From positions 490,905-554,904 of the forward strand of contig CAWAMP010000011.1 of NCBI GenBank assembly GCA_963783255.1: 64,000 nt of DNA, given 5' to 3'. Origin of the DNA: an uncultured Acidobacteriota bacterium. Lineage in GTDB: Bacteria > Acidobacteriota > Vicinamibacteria > Vicinamibacterales > Fen-181. Every line of letters starts with the position of its first letter. Position 1 is the stretch's first letter. Below, piece after piece: positions 10,184 to 19,541 of this stretch. Below the pieces are notes generated by a model. The model saw only the letters and a program-made list of their open reading frames with translations. It made no database searches and had not been told where the DNA came from. The position numbers and the translations under genes were made by a program.

Positions 10184-11428
10184 TTACTGTCCCCGGCGAT
10201 AGACAAGCGCGACCAGCGTCTTGTCGTCGCCGCCCATGTTGACCGACAGGCCGAAGGGGCGGTCGGCGGGAATGTCGATCTGGGCCTTCCCGGCTCGGCC
10301 GGTCAGCTGCTCCCAGATCGTCACCGCCTGGTGGACGCCCGTCGCGCCCGTCGGGTGGCCCCAGCCGACCAGGCCGCCCGTCGTGTTGAACGGTACGCGC
10401 CCGCCGCGCGCGGTCTGGCCGTCGAGCACGTAGTCGGGCCCCTTTCCGGGCTCCGCCAGGCCGATCGCCTCGACAGCCATGATGCCGGCGATGGTGAAGC
10501 AGTCGTGTGTTTCGACCGTGGCCAGGTGCGCGGGCGAGATGCCGGCGGACGCGCATGCCTTCTCCACGGCGCGGCGCGTCGTGTCGAGGCTCGTGAGGTC
10601 GGCCGGCGGGACGGTGAGGTCCGCCTCCACCTGGCCGATGCCGACGATCTCCACCGCCGCGCTCGCCGGAATCCCGGCGCGCTTCAGGCCCTCCTCAGAC
10701 ACGATCGCGATCGCCGACGCCCCGTCGGACACCTTCGAGCAGTCGAGCACGGTCAGGTGATCGACGAACGACCGCGGATTCGGCTCGGCCATCGCGGCCG
10801 CCTCGAGGTCGGCCGTCGTGTTCGTGTACTCCTGCGCCGTGGGGCAGAGCCTCGCGTTCTCGATGGCGTTGCGATACCACCGCGCCATCGCCCGGCGGGT
10901 CCGCTCGCGCCCGTACTTCTCGAAGTAGGCGCCCGCCCGGTCGCTGAACTTGCCCGGGAAGAAATAGGCGTGTCCGTCCTTGCGCTCGGGCGCCCAGCCG
11001 GCGGTGGCCAGGATGTCGGCGCCGTAGATCGCCTTCACCGTGTTCTGCACCTCGACGCCGACGGCCAGGACGACCTCGGCCGTCTCGGCCAGCACCGCCT
11101 TGATGCCCGTCGTCAGCGCCATGGCGCCCGAGCAGCACGCGCCTTCGACGCGCGTGCACGGCTTCCACGCCAGCCCCTGGTCGATGGCCGGGATGAGCGA
11201 GGCGAGATTGCCCTGGCTGTTGAAGCGCGCGGCCATGAAGTTGCCGATCACGCCCTCGTCCACATTCGCGGCCCCGCCGATCCCGGCCAGGACCCCGCGG
11301 CCCGCCTCGCGGATGTAGTGGTCGAGGCCCGGCCGCGGCTTCTTCGGGTGGAACTCCTTCCGGCCGGTGCCCATCGACAGCGTGTTGTAGCCGGCCGTCA
11401 TGTAGACCTTGCGTCTCAGCTTGTTCAT
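10184..11428 (-). CDS. Thiolase, SCP2-like type (acetyl-CoA acyltransferase)
   Basis: Catalytic EGACCSG, SDGASA, ETHDCF and GGL..WGHPTGATG motifs. Confidence 0.9.
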   Translation of the reverse strand: MNKLRRKVYMTAGYNTLSMGTGRKEFHPKKPRPGLDHYIREAGRGVLAGIGGAANVDEGVIGNFMAARFNSQGNLASLIPAIDQGLAWKPCTRVEGACCSGAMALTTGIKAVLAETAEVVLAVGVEVQNTVKAIYGADILATAGWAPERKDGHAYFFPGKFSDRAGAYFEKYGRERTRRAMARWYRNAIENARLCPTAQEYTNTTADLEAAAMAEPNPRSFVDHLTVLDCSKVSDGASAIAIVSEEGLKRAGIPASAAVEIVGIGQVEADLTVPPADLTSLDTTRRAVEKACASAGISPAHLATVETHDCFTIAGIMAVEAIGLAEPGKGPDYVLDGQTARGGRVPFNTTGGLVGWGHPTGATGVHQAVTIWEQLTGRAGKAQIDIPADRPFGLSVNMGGDDKTLVALVYRRGQ

Positions 11429-11435
11429 ACGCTCA

Positions 11436-12773
11436 TTACCCGAAGTATTCGTTGACCGGACCGTAGGCGTGGAAGAAGCCGGTCAGGAGCACCTGGTTGA
11501 CGTCGTTCGCGTCGCGCGCGACACCGTCGCCGACCAGCTTCAGCCCGATTTCGCGCGAGCGCGCGCCGTAGCGGCGCGCGAGCTCGGCGCCCTGGGTGTG
11601 CATCGACTTCAGCTGGCCGAAGAACGCCGCCAGTTTCGCGTCCTTGGCCGCGTCGCGCACGGCCACCTTCCACGGCAGCGCCGGCTCGGGCAGCGGGCCG
11701 ATCCGCGCGTCGCACGCCGCCTGGAGCTCGGCGATCGGCACGTAGCGCTTCCCGGCGGGGTCGAAGACGCCGACAGGCTTCCCCTGCTGATACTGCAGAA
11801 ACCCGTCCTTCTGCGACCCGTCGTGATGCTGGCCGCCCCGGACGTCCCTGGCGAGCAGGCAGTCGATGAGCGTGCTGTGGAGGTCCTCGCCCTGCGTGCG
11901 CGGGTTCATCACGCCGAGGATGCACTGGCAAACGTCCAGGCCGACGTAGTCGATCAACTGGAAGATCCCCATCGGGCGCACCAGGAAGTCCTGGCTCACG
12001 CGGTTGACGGTGTAGACGGCCTCGACAAACGGCATGTCGGCGCCGATGCGCTCGACCTCGCCGATCGCGTGCAGGAGGTCGCGCATGAAATGCCCGTTGC
12101 CGATGAACCCGGCGCGGTCGGCGGACGGTACGACGACCTTTCGCAGGTTCCGGCACAACGCCTCGGCGAACGCCGCCACCTCGTCGGCAGTGGTCCGGCT
12201 TCGGATCAGTTCGACCAGCTTCTGCACCGCGGGCGGATTGTAGAAGTGGAAACCCATGACCCGGCCGCCGAGCTTCGCCTTCTCGTCGATCTCCTCGATG
12301 GGAATCGACGAGGTGTTGGTGAAGACCCACGGCTTACGCGGATTGTCCGTGGCCGTCGGGGCGAACAGCTTCAGCTTCAGCGCCAGGTCCTCGGGCGCCG
12401 CCTCGAAGATGATGTTCGCCTCGGCCGCGGCCGCAAGCCAAGTGGTCGGCCTCACCACGTCGAGCACGTCGGTCACGTACTGCCGGACGATGTCGCCATT
12501 CTCCACGAGGTCGGCGCGATCCGCGTAGACCTTGCGGAGCCCGACGATCTTCTTCTCGGCCGCCTTCAGCACCTGCTCCCGGAGGTATTTCATCAGGCCG
12601 CCGAGGGCTTCGTGCGACACGTCGACGGCGTGGAGGACGTAGCGCCGCGACCGGTTCTCCGGCCGGAGCCCGACGTCGGCCATCTCCATGGCGACGAGGA
12701 GAACGATGCCGCTGCCCATCTTGCCGGCGGCGCCAAGCACCGCCACCTTCTCGAGCCGCTCCGAGTAGTCCAT
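11436..12773 (-). CDS. 3-hydroxyacyl-CoA dehydrogenase family protein
   Basis: Rossmann VLGAAGKMGSG, EAAPEDL.LK, TNTSS, GFHFYNP, GFIGN and PMGIFQLIDYVGLD. Lies 7 bp upstream of the thiolase. Confidence 0.9.
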   Translation of the reverse strand: MDYSERLEKVAVLGAAGKMGSGIVLLVAMEMADVGLRPENRSRRYVLHAVDVSHEALGGLMKYLREQVLKAAEKKIVGLRKVYADRADLVENGDIVRQYVTDVLDVVRPTTWLAAAAEANIIFEAAPEDLALKLKLFAPTATDNPRKPWVFTNTSSIPIEEIDEKAKLGGRVMGFHFYNPPAVQKLVELIRSRTTADEVAAFAEALCRNLRKVVVPSADRAGFIGNGHFMRDLLHAIGEVERIGADMPFVEAVYTVNRVSQDFLVRPMGIFQLIDYVGLDVCQCILGVMNPRTQGEDLHSTLIDCLLARDVRGGQHHDGSQKDGFLQYQQGKPVGVFDPAGKRYVPIAELQAACDARIGPLPEPALPWKVAVRDAAKDAKLAAFFGQLKSMHTQGAELARRYGARSREIGLKLVGDGVARDANDVNQVLLTGFFHAYGPVNEYFG

Positions 12774-12882
12774 ACGCCTCCGGTTGGGGAGAAAGCCTGA
12801 TTATGACTCCGGCCCGGGCGGAAATCACTTCCGGAGTGTTCTAACATAGAGCGCGGACCGGATCGTCATTCCAAGGGAGGAC

Positions 12883-13602
12883 GTGAACGTGAAGAGACTG
12901 CCGATTGCCCTCATGGTGGCGTTGCCACTGCTGTTCGCCGCCGGCCTGGTGGCCCGGGCGCCCCAGGAGCCGTCCGCGAGCGTGCCCGAGCTCGAGAAGT
13001 TCCACGACGTGATCATGCCGATGTGGCACACGGCCTTCCCGGCCAAGGACTACGCAGCGCTGCGGAAGATCGCGCCGGACGTCCAGACGGGCGTCGCGAA
13101 GATCGCGGCCGCGAAGCTCCCCGGCATGCTCCGCGAGAAGGAAGCCGCGTGGGCGAAGGGCATGGCCACGCTTCAGGCCGCCGCCGCGGCGTACGCGAAG
13201 GCCTCGGCCGGCGCCGACGACAAGGCGCTGCTCGCCGCCGCCGAGAACCTCCACACCGCCTACGAGGCCCAGGGGCAGATCATCCGGCCCGTGGTTCCCG
13301 AGATGAACGAGTTCCACAAGACGATGTACGTCGTGCAGCACACCTACCTCCCCGAGAAGAAGTGGGCCGACGTGTGCAAGGCGAGCCCCGAACTGCTGAC
13401 AAGGGCCGAGGCGGTGGCGAAGGCCACGCTGCCCAAGCGGGTCGAGGCCAAGACCGAGGTCTTCAAGAAGGAATCGGCGGCGCTCGTCGCCGACGCGAAC
13501 GCGCTGGCCGCCGCGTGCAAAACCAACCAGCCGGCCGCCGTCGAGAAGGCCACCGACGCGCTGCACTCGCGCTACGAGGGGTTGGGGAAGATCTTCGAGT
13601 AG
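12883..13602 (+). CDS. Exported all-helical hypothetical protein with an internal duplication
   Basis: GGAGG SD with GTG start, signal peptide, and two similar halves (VPELEKFH..MWH..LH / VPEMNEFH..VQH..LH). Confidence 0.8.
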   Translation: MNVKRLPIALMVALPLLFAAGLVARAPQEPSASVPELEKFHDVIMPMWHTAFPAKDYAALRKIAPDVQTGVAKIAAAKLPGMLREKEAAWAKGMATLQAAAAAYAKASAGADDKALLAAAENLHTAYEAQGQIIRPVVPEMNEFHKTMYVVQHTYLPEKKWADVCKASPELLTRAEAVAKATLPKRVEAKTEVFKKESAALVADANALAAACKTNQPAAVEKATDALHSRYEGLGKIFE

Positions 13603-13610
13603 AGAGCAGT

Positions 13611-13690
13611 GTAGGGCGGGGCTTCAGCCCCGCCCACACCTCGCGGGGCTAAAGCCCCGCGCTACACCGCACTGAAGCCCCGCGCCACAC
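13611..13690. repeat. Cluster of GTAG/GTGG-type REP palindromes in inverted arrangement between convergent genes
   Basis: GTAGGGCGGGGC-TTCA-GCCCCGCCC, then the inverted CGCGGGGC-TAAA-GCCCCGCGCTAC, then a partial third copy. Confidence 0.85.
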
Positions 13691-13698
13691 CCCTCGCG

Positions 13699-16600
13699 CT
13701 ACTTGAACATCGGATCCGGGCTGACCAACATGCGCTTGGTGGCGACGTCCTTGCCGTCCACCGTCAACGTCACCTTGTAGGTGCCCGCGTCCACGACGTT
13801 CCCGCCGCCGCCGCGCTGTCCGCCGCCGCCCGCACCGCCCGCACCGCCCGCACCGCCCGCGCCGCCCGCGCCGCGCTGTCCACCGCCACCGCCCGCGCCA
13901 CGCTGCCCGCCGCCTGCCGACGGCGCGCCCGCGGCCACCCGGCTGAGGCCCCAGAACACCTTCTGCAGCCCCTTCCTGACGCCGGGCCGCAGCGCTTCCG
14001 CCGAACTCTGCGAGAGCTCCGCGATCTGGTTGCCCTCGAGGTCCTTGATGGTGACCGTGACCTTCTGGGCGTCGGCCTTCAGGTAGTAATAGATGTTCTG
14101 GCCGACCGGGGGGTTCTCCGCCCTGGCCATCTCGCCGAGCGTGTCACCCCGGCGCTCGAACCGCCGCCAGGCGACGGTGTTCTTGATGTCGAACAGGTGC
14201 GCCGCCTCTTCGAACACCGCCGGCGTGAACTCCTTGATCGGTCCGATGTCTGCAACGTAGAAGCCGCGGCCGTACGTGGCGACGGCCATCTCGCGGTCGC
14301 GCTTCTGGATGGCCATGTCGCGGACGACCGTGTCGGGCAACGACGTCGAGAGCTTCGTCCAGGTTCTGCCCTGATCGATCGTGACGTTGATGCCGAAGTC
14401 GCCCGAGATGTACAGCACGTTGGCGTTGTCCGGATCCTCCTCGACGTCGAAGATCGGGTTGTTCAGGCCGCCCGAGATGTTCGTCCAGGTCTTGCCGAGG
14501 TCCTTCGTCACGAACAGGTACGTCTTGTCCTCGTTGTGCGTCCGGTACCCGCTGAACCCGACGTACGCGGTGTTCTGATCGAACGCGGACGCCACGACGC
14601 GCTTCACCCACTTGTCGCACGGGATCAGATCGCCCTTGACGCCAGCCTTCGGCTTGCACGCCGCGTCGTAGAACTGCGCCGTGATGTTCGTCCAGTTCGC
14701 CCCGCCGTCCGGCGTGACCCACACGTTCCCGTCGTCGGTGCCGGCCCACAGCAGGCCGAATCTCCTCGGCGACTCGGAAATCGTGTAGACCGTCGCCCAC
14801 TGCAGGTTCGTCTTCTTCGCCTCTTCGAGCTTCTTCGGGTCGGCCTTCGAGAGGTCCGGACTGATCTTCATCCACGTGCCCGTGTCGCCGTGGCTCATCG
14901 ACCTCCAGACGTACTGCGACCCGTGGTACACGATGCCCGGGTTGTGCGGTGAGAGCACGATCGGGTTGTTCCACTGCTTGCGCAGCGGCGGCTCGCCGGC
15001 GGGCGCCACCGGCGACAGCGACTGGGTCTGGCCGGTCTTCAGGTTCATCCGGCTCGAGTTGCCGAACTGGCTCTCGTAGTAGATGTATTCGGGGTTCCAC
15101 CAGTCGCGGACGACGTAGAACCCGTCGCCGGTGGGCAGATACAGCCAGTCGGAGCTGAACATCCCGTAGCTGTTCCGGTTCTGCGTCGGCCCCATCCACG
15201 CGCCGTTGTCTTGCGTGCCGCCCATGACGTTGTAGGGCAGCTCGTTGTCCACCGACACGTCGTAGAACTGCTGGGCGTTGATCGTGCTGCTCTGCTTCCA
15301 GTGCTCGCCGCCGTCCCAGGATTCGGACGAGCCGCCGTCGTTGCCGCTCAGAATGTGCTTCGAGTTCAACGGATCGACCCACACCACGCGGTGATCCACG
15401 TGGGTCCTGGCGTTCCCGCGCTCCCACGGCGCCACCGTGAAGGTCTTGCCCGAGTCCCTTGACACGGTCGTGTTGGTGTCGCCGCAGTAGAGGACCTTGT
15501 CGTCGTTCGGGTCCACGATGATGCGGCCGTAGTAGCCACCCTCGGTCTGATTGACCTGGGCGCTGCCGGCCTGCTGGCCTCCGCGCGTGCCTGCCTGTCC
15601 GCGGGCGCCCGTCTGCGCCGCCGTAGCCGGAGGCGAAGGCGGGGCCTGCGCCGTCTCGTCCTCGCGCGCCTGGGCGGCGAGGTCGAGCTCCTGTTCGACG
15701 TCCTGCGGAATCGTCGGCGCCTGCGGCGTCGCCAGCTTGTACTCGGTCATTCGCTTCCAGGTCTTGCCCTGGTCGTCGGTGCGGTACACGACGCCGTTCA
15801 TCTTGACCGGTGTCGCGCTGGCGACGATGCCCGAGTAGAGAATCTCGATCACGTTCCGGTTGACGAGCTGCGAACGGCCCTTGGCCTCGGTCGAATCGGC
15901 GGCCGCCGCCGGCTTCGCCATCAGCTTCTCGACCTCGGCGATGTTGACCATCAGGTCCTTGTCTGACGCAAACGTCCTTTTCGCCGCCGCTTGAAGCCGG
16001 GCCACGTCGGCTCCGGTCTTGGTCACGAAGTCCTTGTCCGCCACGAGCTCGTTGAACTTCGCCACCAGGTCCGCTTCGTTCGCGCCGGCAACCGGCGTGA
16101 ACTTCGGCGCGAGCGCCGCCAGTTCGGCCGGGATCCTGTGCGCCTTGAACTGCGCCAGCGTGACTCCGTCGTGGAACAGCACCGTCCCTCCCCCTCCGCC
16201 GCCGGCCCCGGCGCCCCCGCCCCCGCGGCCGCCGCCCGCCGCCGCGCGGAAGTTGACGATGCCGTCGCGCTCCTGGAAGCCGAGGACGACCTCCTCGTCT
16301 ACGCGCGCGTAGACGATGCTCGGGTTCTTCTCGAAGATCGTGAGGCCGGTGCGACCAATCGGCGTGCCCTTGGCGGGCAGGCCCGCCGTCATCCGCGTCC
16401 AGGTCTTGCCGCCGTCGGTCGACTTGAACAAGCCGTTCCCGCCGTCGCGGTCATCGTAGGTCCAGGCCCTGCGGTAGTGCTTGTAGGCCGAGGCGATGAT
16501 GACGTTCGAGTTGCGCGGGTCGATGACGAAGTCGCCGACGCCGCGGTCCTTCATCGGCCCGAGGTTCGTCCAGGTCTTGCCGCCGTCGATCGACTTGAAG

Positions 16601-17166
16601 AGGCCCCGCTCGCAGTCCATCTCGTTGTCGTAGAGCTTGCCCTCGGCCGCCACGTAGACGATGTCGGGGTTCTTCGAATCGACCGCGATCATGGGGATGA
16701 AGAAGCTCTTCTCCAGGCCGATGTGGGTCCAGGTCTTGCCGGCGTCCGTCGACTTCCAGATCCCGTTGCCGTGCGTGCTGGCGCGGGCGTGCATCGGTTC
16801 GCCGGTGCCCAGGTAGAGGATGTTCGCGTTCGACGGGGCGATGGCCAGCCAGCCCATGCTCTGGGTGCCGTAGTGCTCGAAGATCGGCTCGAAGTGAATG
16901 CCGCCGTCGATGGTCTTCCAGACGCCTCCGCTGGCCATCAGCACGTAGTAGATCTGGCTCTGGCCGCGCGGCACGGCGTACCCGCTGACGCGTCCGGCGA
17001 AGGCCATCGGGCCCACCCAGCGCCACGAGAACTGGTTGAAGTCGTCGGCCGTGACCACGCTCTGGGCTCTCTGCTGCGCGTTCTGCGCGGAGCCGAACGC
17101 GCCGAGCACCGAAACCGTCACTGCCAGGGCACCTGCGAACACGAGCATCCGTGATGATCGGAACAC
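13699..17166 (-). CDS. Exported BNR/Asp-box beta-propeller protein (VPS10/sortilin-like putative glycosyl hydrolase)
   Basis: Many S/TxDGGKTW Asp-boxes, WRWVGP..AGRV, GGTQDNG and VATYGRGFY. GAGGAGG SD before GTG at 17166. Confidence 0.88.
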   Translation of the reverse strand: MFRSSRMLVFAGALAVTVSVLGAFGSAQNAQQRAQSVVTADDFNQFSWRWVGPMAFAGRVSGYAVPRGQSQIYYVLMASGGVWKTIDGGIHFEPIFEHYGTQSMGWLAIAPSNANILYLGTGEPMHARASTHGNGIWKSTDAGKTWTHIGLEKSFFIPMIAVDSKNPDIVYVAAEGKLYDNEMDCERGLFKSIDGGKTWTNLGPMKDRGVGDFVIDPRNSNVIIASAYKHYRRAWTYDDRDGGNGLFKSTDGGKTWTRMTAGLPAKGTPIGRTGLTIFEKNPSIVYARVDEEVVLGFQERDGIVNFRAAAGGGRGGGGAGAGGGGGGTVLFHDGVTLAQFKAHRIPAELAALAPKFTPVAGANEADLVAKFNELVADKDFVTKTGADVARLQAAAKRTFASDKDLMVNIAEVEKLMAKPAAAADSTEAKGRSQLVNRNVIEILYSGIVASATPVKMNGVVYRTDDQGKTWKRMTEYKLATPQAPTIPQDVEQELDLAAQAREDETAQAPPSPPATAAQTGARGQAGTRGGQQAGSAQVNQTEGGYYGRIIVDPNDDKVLYCGDTNTTVSRDSGKTFTVAPWERGNARTHVDHRVVWVDPLNSKHILSGNDGGSSESWDGGEHWKQSSTINAQQFYDVSVDNELPYNVMGGTQDNGAWMGPTQNRNSYGMFSSDWLYLPTGDGFYVVRDWWNPEYIYYESQFGNSSRMNLKTGQTQSLSPVAPAGEPPLRKQWNNPIVLSPHNPGIVYHGSQYVWRSMSHGDTGTWMKISPDLSKADPKKLEEAKKTNLQWATVYTISESPRRFGLLWAGTDDGNVWVTPDGGANWTNITAQFYDAACKPKAGVKGDLIPCDKWVKRVVASAFDQNTAYVGFSGYRTHNEDKTYLFVTKDLGKTWTNISGGLNNPIFDVEEDPDNANVLYISGDFGINVTIDQGRTWTKLSTSLPDTVVRDMAIQKRDREMAVATYGRGFYVADIGPIKEFTPAVFEEAAHLFDIKNTVAWRRFERRGDTLGEMARAENPPVGQNIYYYLKADAQKVTVTIKDLEGNQIAELSQSSAEALRPGVRKGLQKVFWGLSRVAAGAPSAGGGQRGAGGGGGQRGAGGAGGAGGAGGAGGGGQRGGGGNVVDAGTYKVTLTVDGKDVATKRMLVSPDPMFK

Positions 17167-17329
17167 TGTTCCTCCTCGTATGAAGGCAACGGAGAACCGG
17201 GCCACAACCGACGCCGTCGGCCCGAATCCGTGATGGGAACGACAGCCGGACCAGCCGGACAGTGGGCAGACTCCCACCCGCAGATCAGCGGCGATCCTCT
17301 CCCATTACGCCGCCGCCACGGTCGACGTT

Positions 17330-18751
17330 TCAGCCCCGAGGGGTCCGCTGTCCGGCTGCAACCGGGGCGCCCAGATGAAACGGCCCGGCGGCTGCGGGGG
17401 GCGTGTCCGTGACGACGTTCGGCCGTCCGTCGATGTCCAGCACGAACACCGAGTCGATCGGGTCCGGCGGCGTGGCGGGCAGGCGCACGATCACGCCGTC
17501 CGCGCGGCGCTCGACCCCAAGCGCGCGTTCGCCAGGCTCCCCCAGCAGGAACGCGCGCCGAGGCCGGTTCAGCAGGCCGGGCACCGTGAGCTTCCCGTCG
17601 GCCGGCCAGTCGAACACGTGCAGGTAGAGACGCGTGACATTGCCGGCCATCGACTTCTTCGTGCAGCGTCCCCAGGGCAGCGACGCGAACGGGCTTGCCT
17701 CGGTTCCGTAGACCGACGCGCCGTACCGAGTCGTCCAGCGCCCGATTGCGGCCAGCCGCTCGACGCTCTCGGCCGGGAAACGACCTTCGGCGTCGGGGCC
17801 GACGTTCAGCAGGAAGTTGCCGCCCTTCGACGCGATGTCCACCAGGTTGCGCACCAGGACGCTCGCCGGCTTGAAGTCCTTGTCGGCCCGGTTGTAGCCC
17901 CAGTTCCGGTTCATCGTCATGCAGGTTTCCCAGTCGAGGCCGGGCTGACCCGTTGCCGGGATCTCCTGCTCGGGGGTGCCGAAATCACCGCGCCTCCCTC
18001 CCACCCGGTTGTTGATGACGATGCTCGGCTGCAGCGACCGGACGTAGGCATAGAGGTCGCGGCCATGCGAGGCGGTCCAGGTCGATTCCCACTGTCCGTC
18101 GAACCACAGGATGTCGATGGGCCCGTAGCGGGTCAACAGTTCCTTCAACTGCGCCTTCATGTACACGACATACCGTTCGAAATCAGCACCGGCGGCGGGC
18201 CGGTCCTTCTCCCAGTCACGGCGCGGCAGGTAGTCGGGGTGGTGCCAGTCCATGATCGAGTGGTAGAACCCGATGCGCATCCCCTGGCGCCGGCAGGCCT
18301 GGACGAGTTCCCTGATGATGTCGCGGCGAAACGGCGTCGCCATCATGTCGAAGCCGCCCTGCTCCGAGTCGAACAGCGCGAAGCCGTCGTGGTGCTTCGT
18401 GGTGATGACGATGTACTTCATGCCGGCGCCTCTGGCCGTGCGGACCCAGGCGTCGGCGTCGAACGAGGTGGGGTCGAAGCGCGTCCGGAACTGGTCGTAG
18501 ACGTCGAGCGGGATCTTCGCGTTGTTGCGGATCCACTCGCCGTAATCCGTCCGGCCCTGCCACTCGCCGGCCGGCACCGCGTAGATGCCCCAGTGGATGA
18601 ACATGCCGAACCGCGCCTCGCGCCACCAGTCCATGCGGGCGTCCCGGGCCGCCGCCCCGGGCAGGGCGAGACAGGCGGCCAGAACGAGGCAGACGGCGAT
18701 CCGCCTTCGCACGCTTCGCGTGCTTCGGCGAGACAAGCGGGCGGGCGGCAT
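17330..18751 (-). CDS. Alpha-L-fucosidase (GH29)
   Basis: WWREARFGMFIHWG, TTKHHDGF, nucleophile motif LWFDG and GGNFLLNVGP. Confidence 0.93.
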   Translation of the reverse strand: MPPARLSRRSTRSVRRRIAVCLVLAACLALPGAAARDARMDWWREARFGMFIHWGIYAVPAGEWQGRTDYGEWIRNNAKIPLDVYDQFRTRFDPTSFDADAWVRTARGAGMKYIVITTKHHDGFALFDSEQGGFDMMATPFRRDIIRELVQACRRQGMRIGFYHSIMDWHHPDYLPRRDWEKDRPAAGADFERYVVYMKAQLKELLTRYGPIDILWFDGQWESTWTASHGRDLYAYVRSLQPSIVINNRVGGRRGDFGTPEQEIPATGQPGLDWETCMTMNRNWGYNRADKDFKPASVLVRNLVDIASKGGNFLLNVGPDAEGRFPAESVERLAAIGRWTTRYGASVYGTEASPFASLPWGRCTKKSMAGNVTRLYLHVFDWPADGKLTVPGLLNRPRRAFLLGEPGERALGVERRADGVIVRLPATPPDPIDSVFVLDIDGRPNVVTDTPPAAAGPFHLGAPVAAGQRTPRG

Positions 18752-18762
18752 GAGACCGGCTC

Positions 18763-19467
18763 CTACTTCTTCTCGCCCATCGTCTTCAACGTGTCCCAGT
18801 ACATCTTGGCGAGCGTGTCGGCATGCTTCATCAGGGCGTCGGCCGCCTTGTCGCCGTACTTCTCGCGGACGTCGATGCCTTCCTTGAGGCTCCTGAGGCT
18901 CTTCGACAGGTCGTTCATCTGCGCGGTGGCCGCTTCGCGCTGGTCGGGCGGGAGGGCGGCAATCTGTTTCTTCTGCTCGGCCTCCATCTGGGCGAGCTGG
19001 GCGTCGCCGCCCATCTGGTTGTAGAGCGCGCGGCTCGTGGCCACGGTCTGCGCGGCGTCCTGCAGTGCGGAGAACTCCTCCTCCGAGAGGCCAAGCTCCC
19101 TGCGCTTGGCGCGGAGCTTCTCGTCCATCTCCCGGCCGTAGCGCTCGGCGAGGGAGACCTGCTGCATCGTCTTGGCGATGTCGCCCTTGGCGGATTCGAG
19201 GTTCTTCTTCGCGTCTTCGGCGTACTGGAGCGCCAGCGCGAAGTTCTCCTTCTGGTACTCCATGAACTTGAGGACGAGGTCCTCGGTGATGTCCACCTTC
19301 TTCAGCGCGGCCGATTCGGAGGGGCCTCCCGCGGCCGGCGTGGCCGAGGCTGGCTGGCCGGTGGAATCAGCGGCCGGTTGGCTGGCTGTCGCGTCCGCGT
19401 CTGTGGACTTCTTCGAGCAGCCGACGACGAGGGCCAAACACGCGGCGACGACGAACAGGCGCTTCAT
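18763..19467 (-). CDS. Hypothetical lipoprotein
   Basis: GGAG SD, MKRLFVVAACLALVVG-C lipobox, helical body. Confidence 0.8.
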   Translation of the reverse strand: MKRLFVVAACLALVVGCSKKSTDADATASQPAADSTGQPASATPAAGGPSESAALKKVDITEDLVLKFMEYQKENFALALQYAEDAKKNLESAKGDIAKTMQQVSLAERYGREMDEKLRAKRRELGLSEEEFSALQDAAQTVATSRALYNQMGGDAQLAQMEAEQKKQIAALPPDQREAATAQMNDLSKSLRSLKEGIDVREKYGDKAADALMKHADTLAKMYWDTLKTMGEKK

Positions 19468-19541
19468 AGGGTTCTCCAGGCTGTGAAACGACGGACACGC
19501 GGCACGAGCGGGGCTGACGACGCCGAGCGGTGGTCTCCCGG

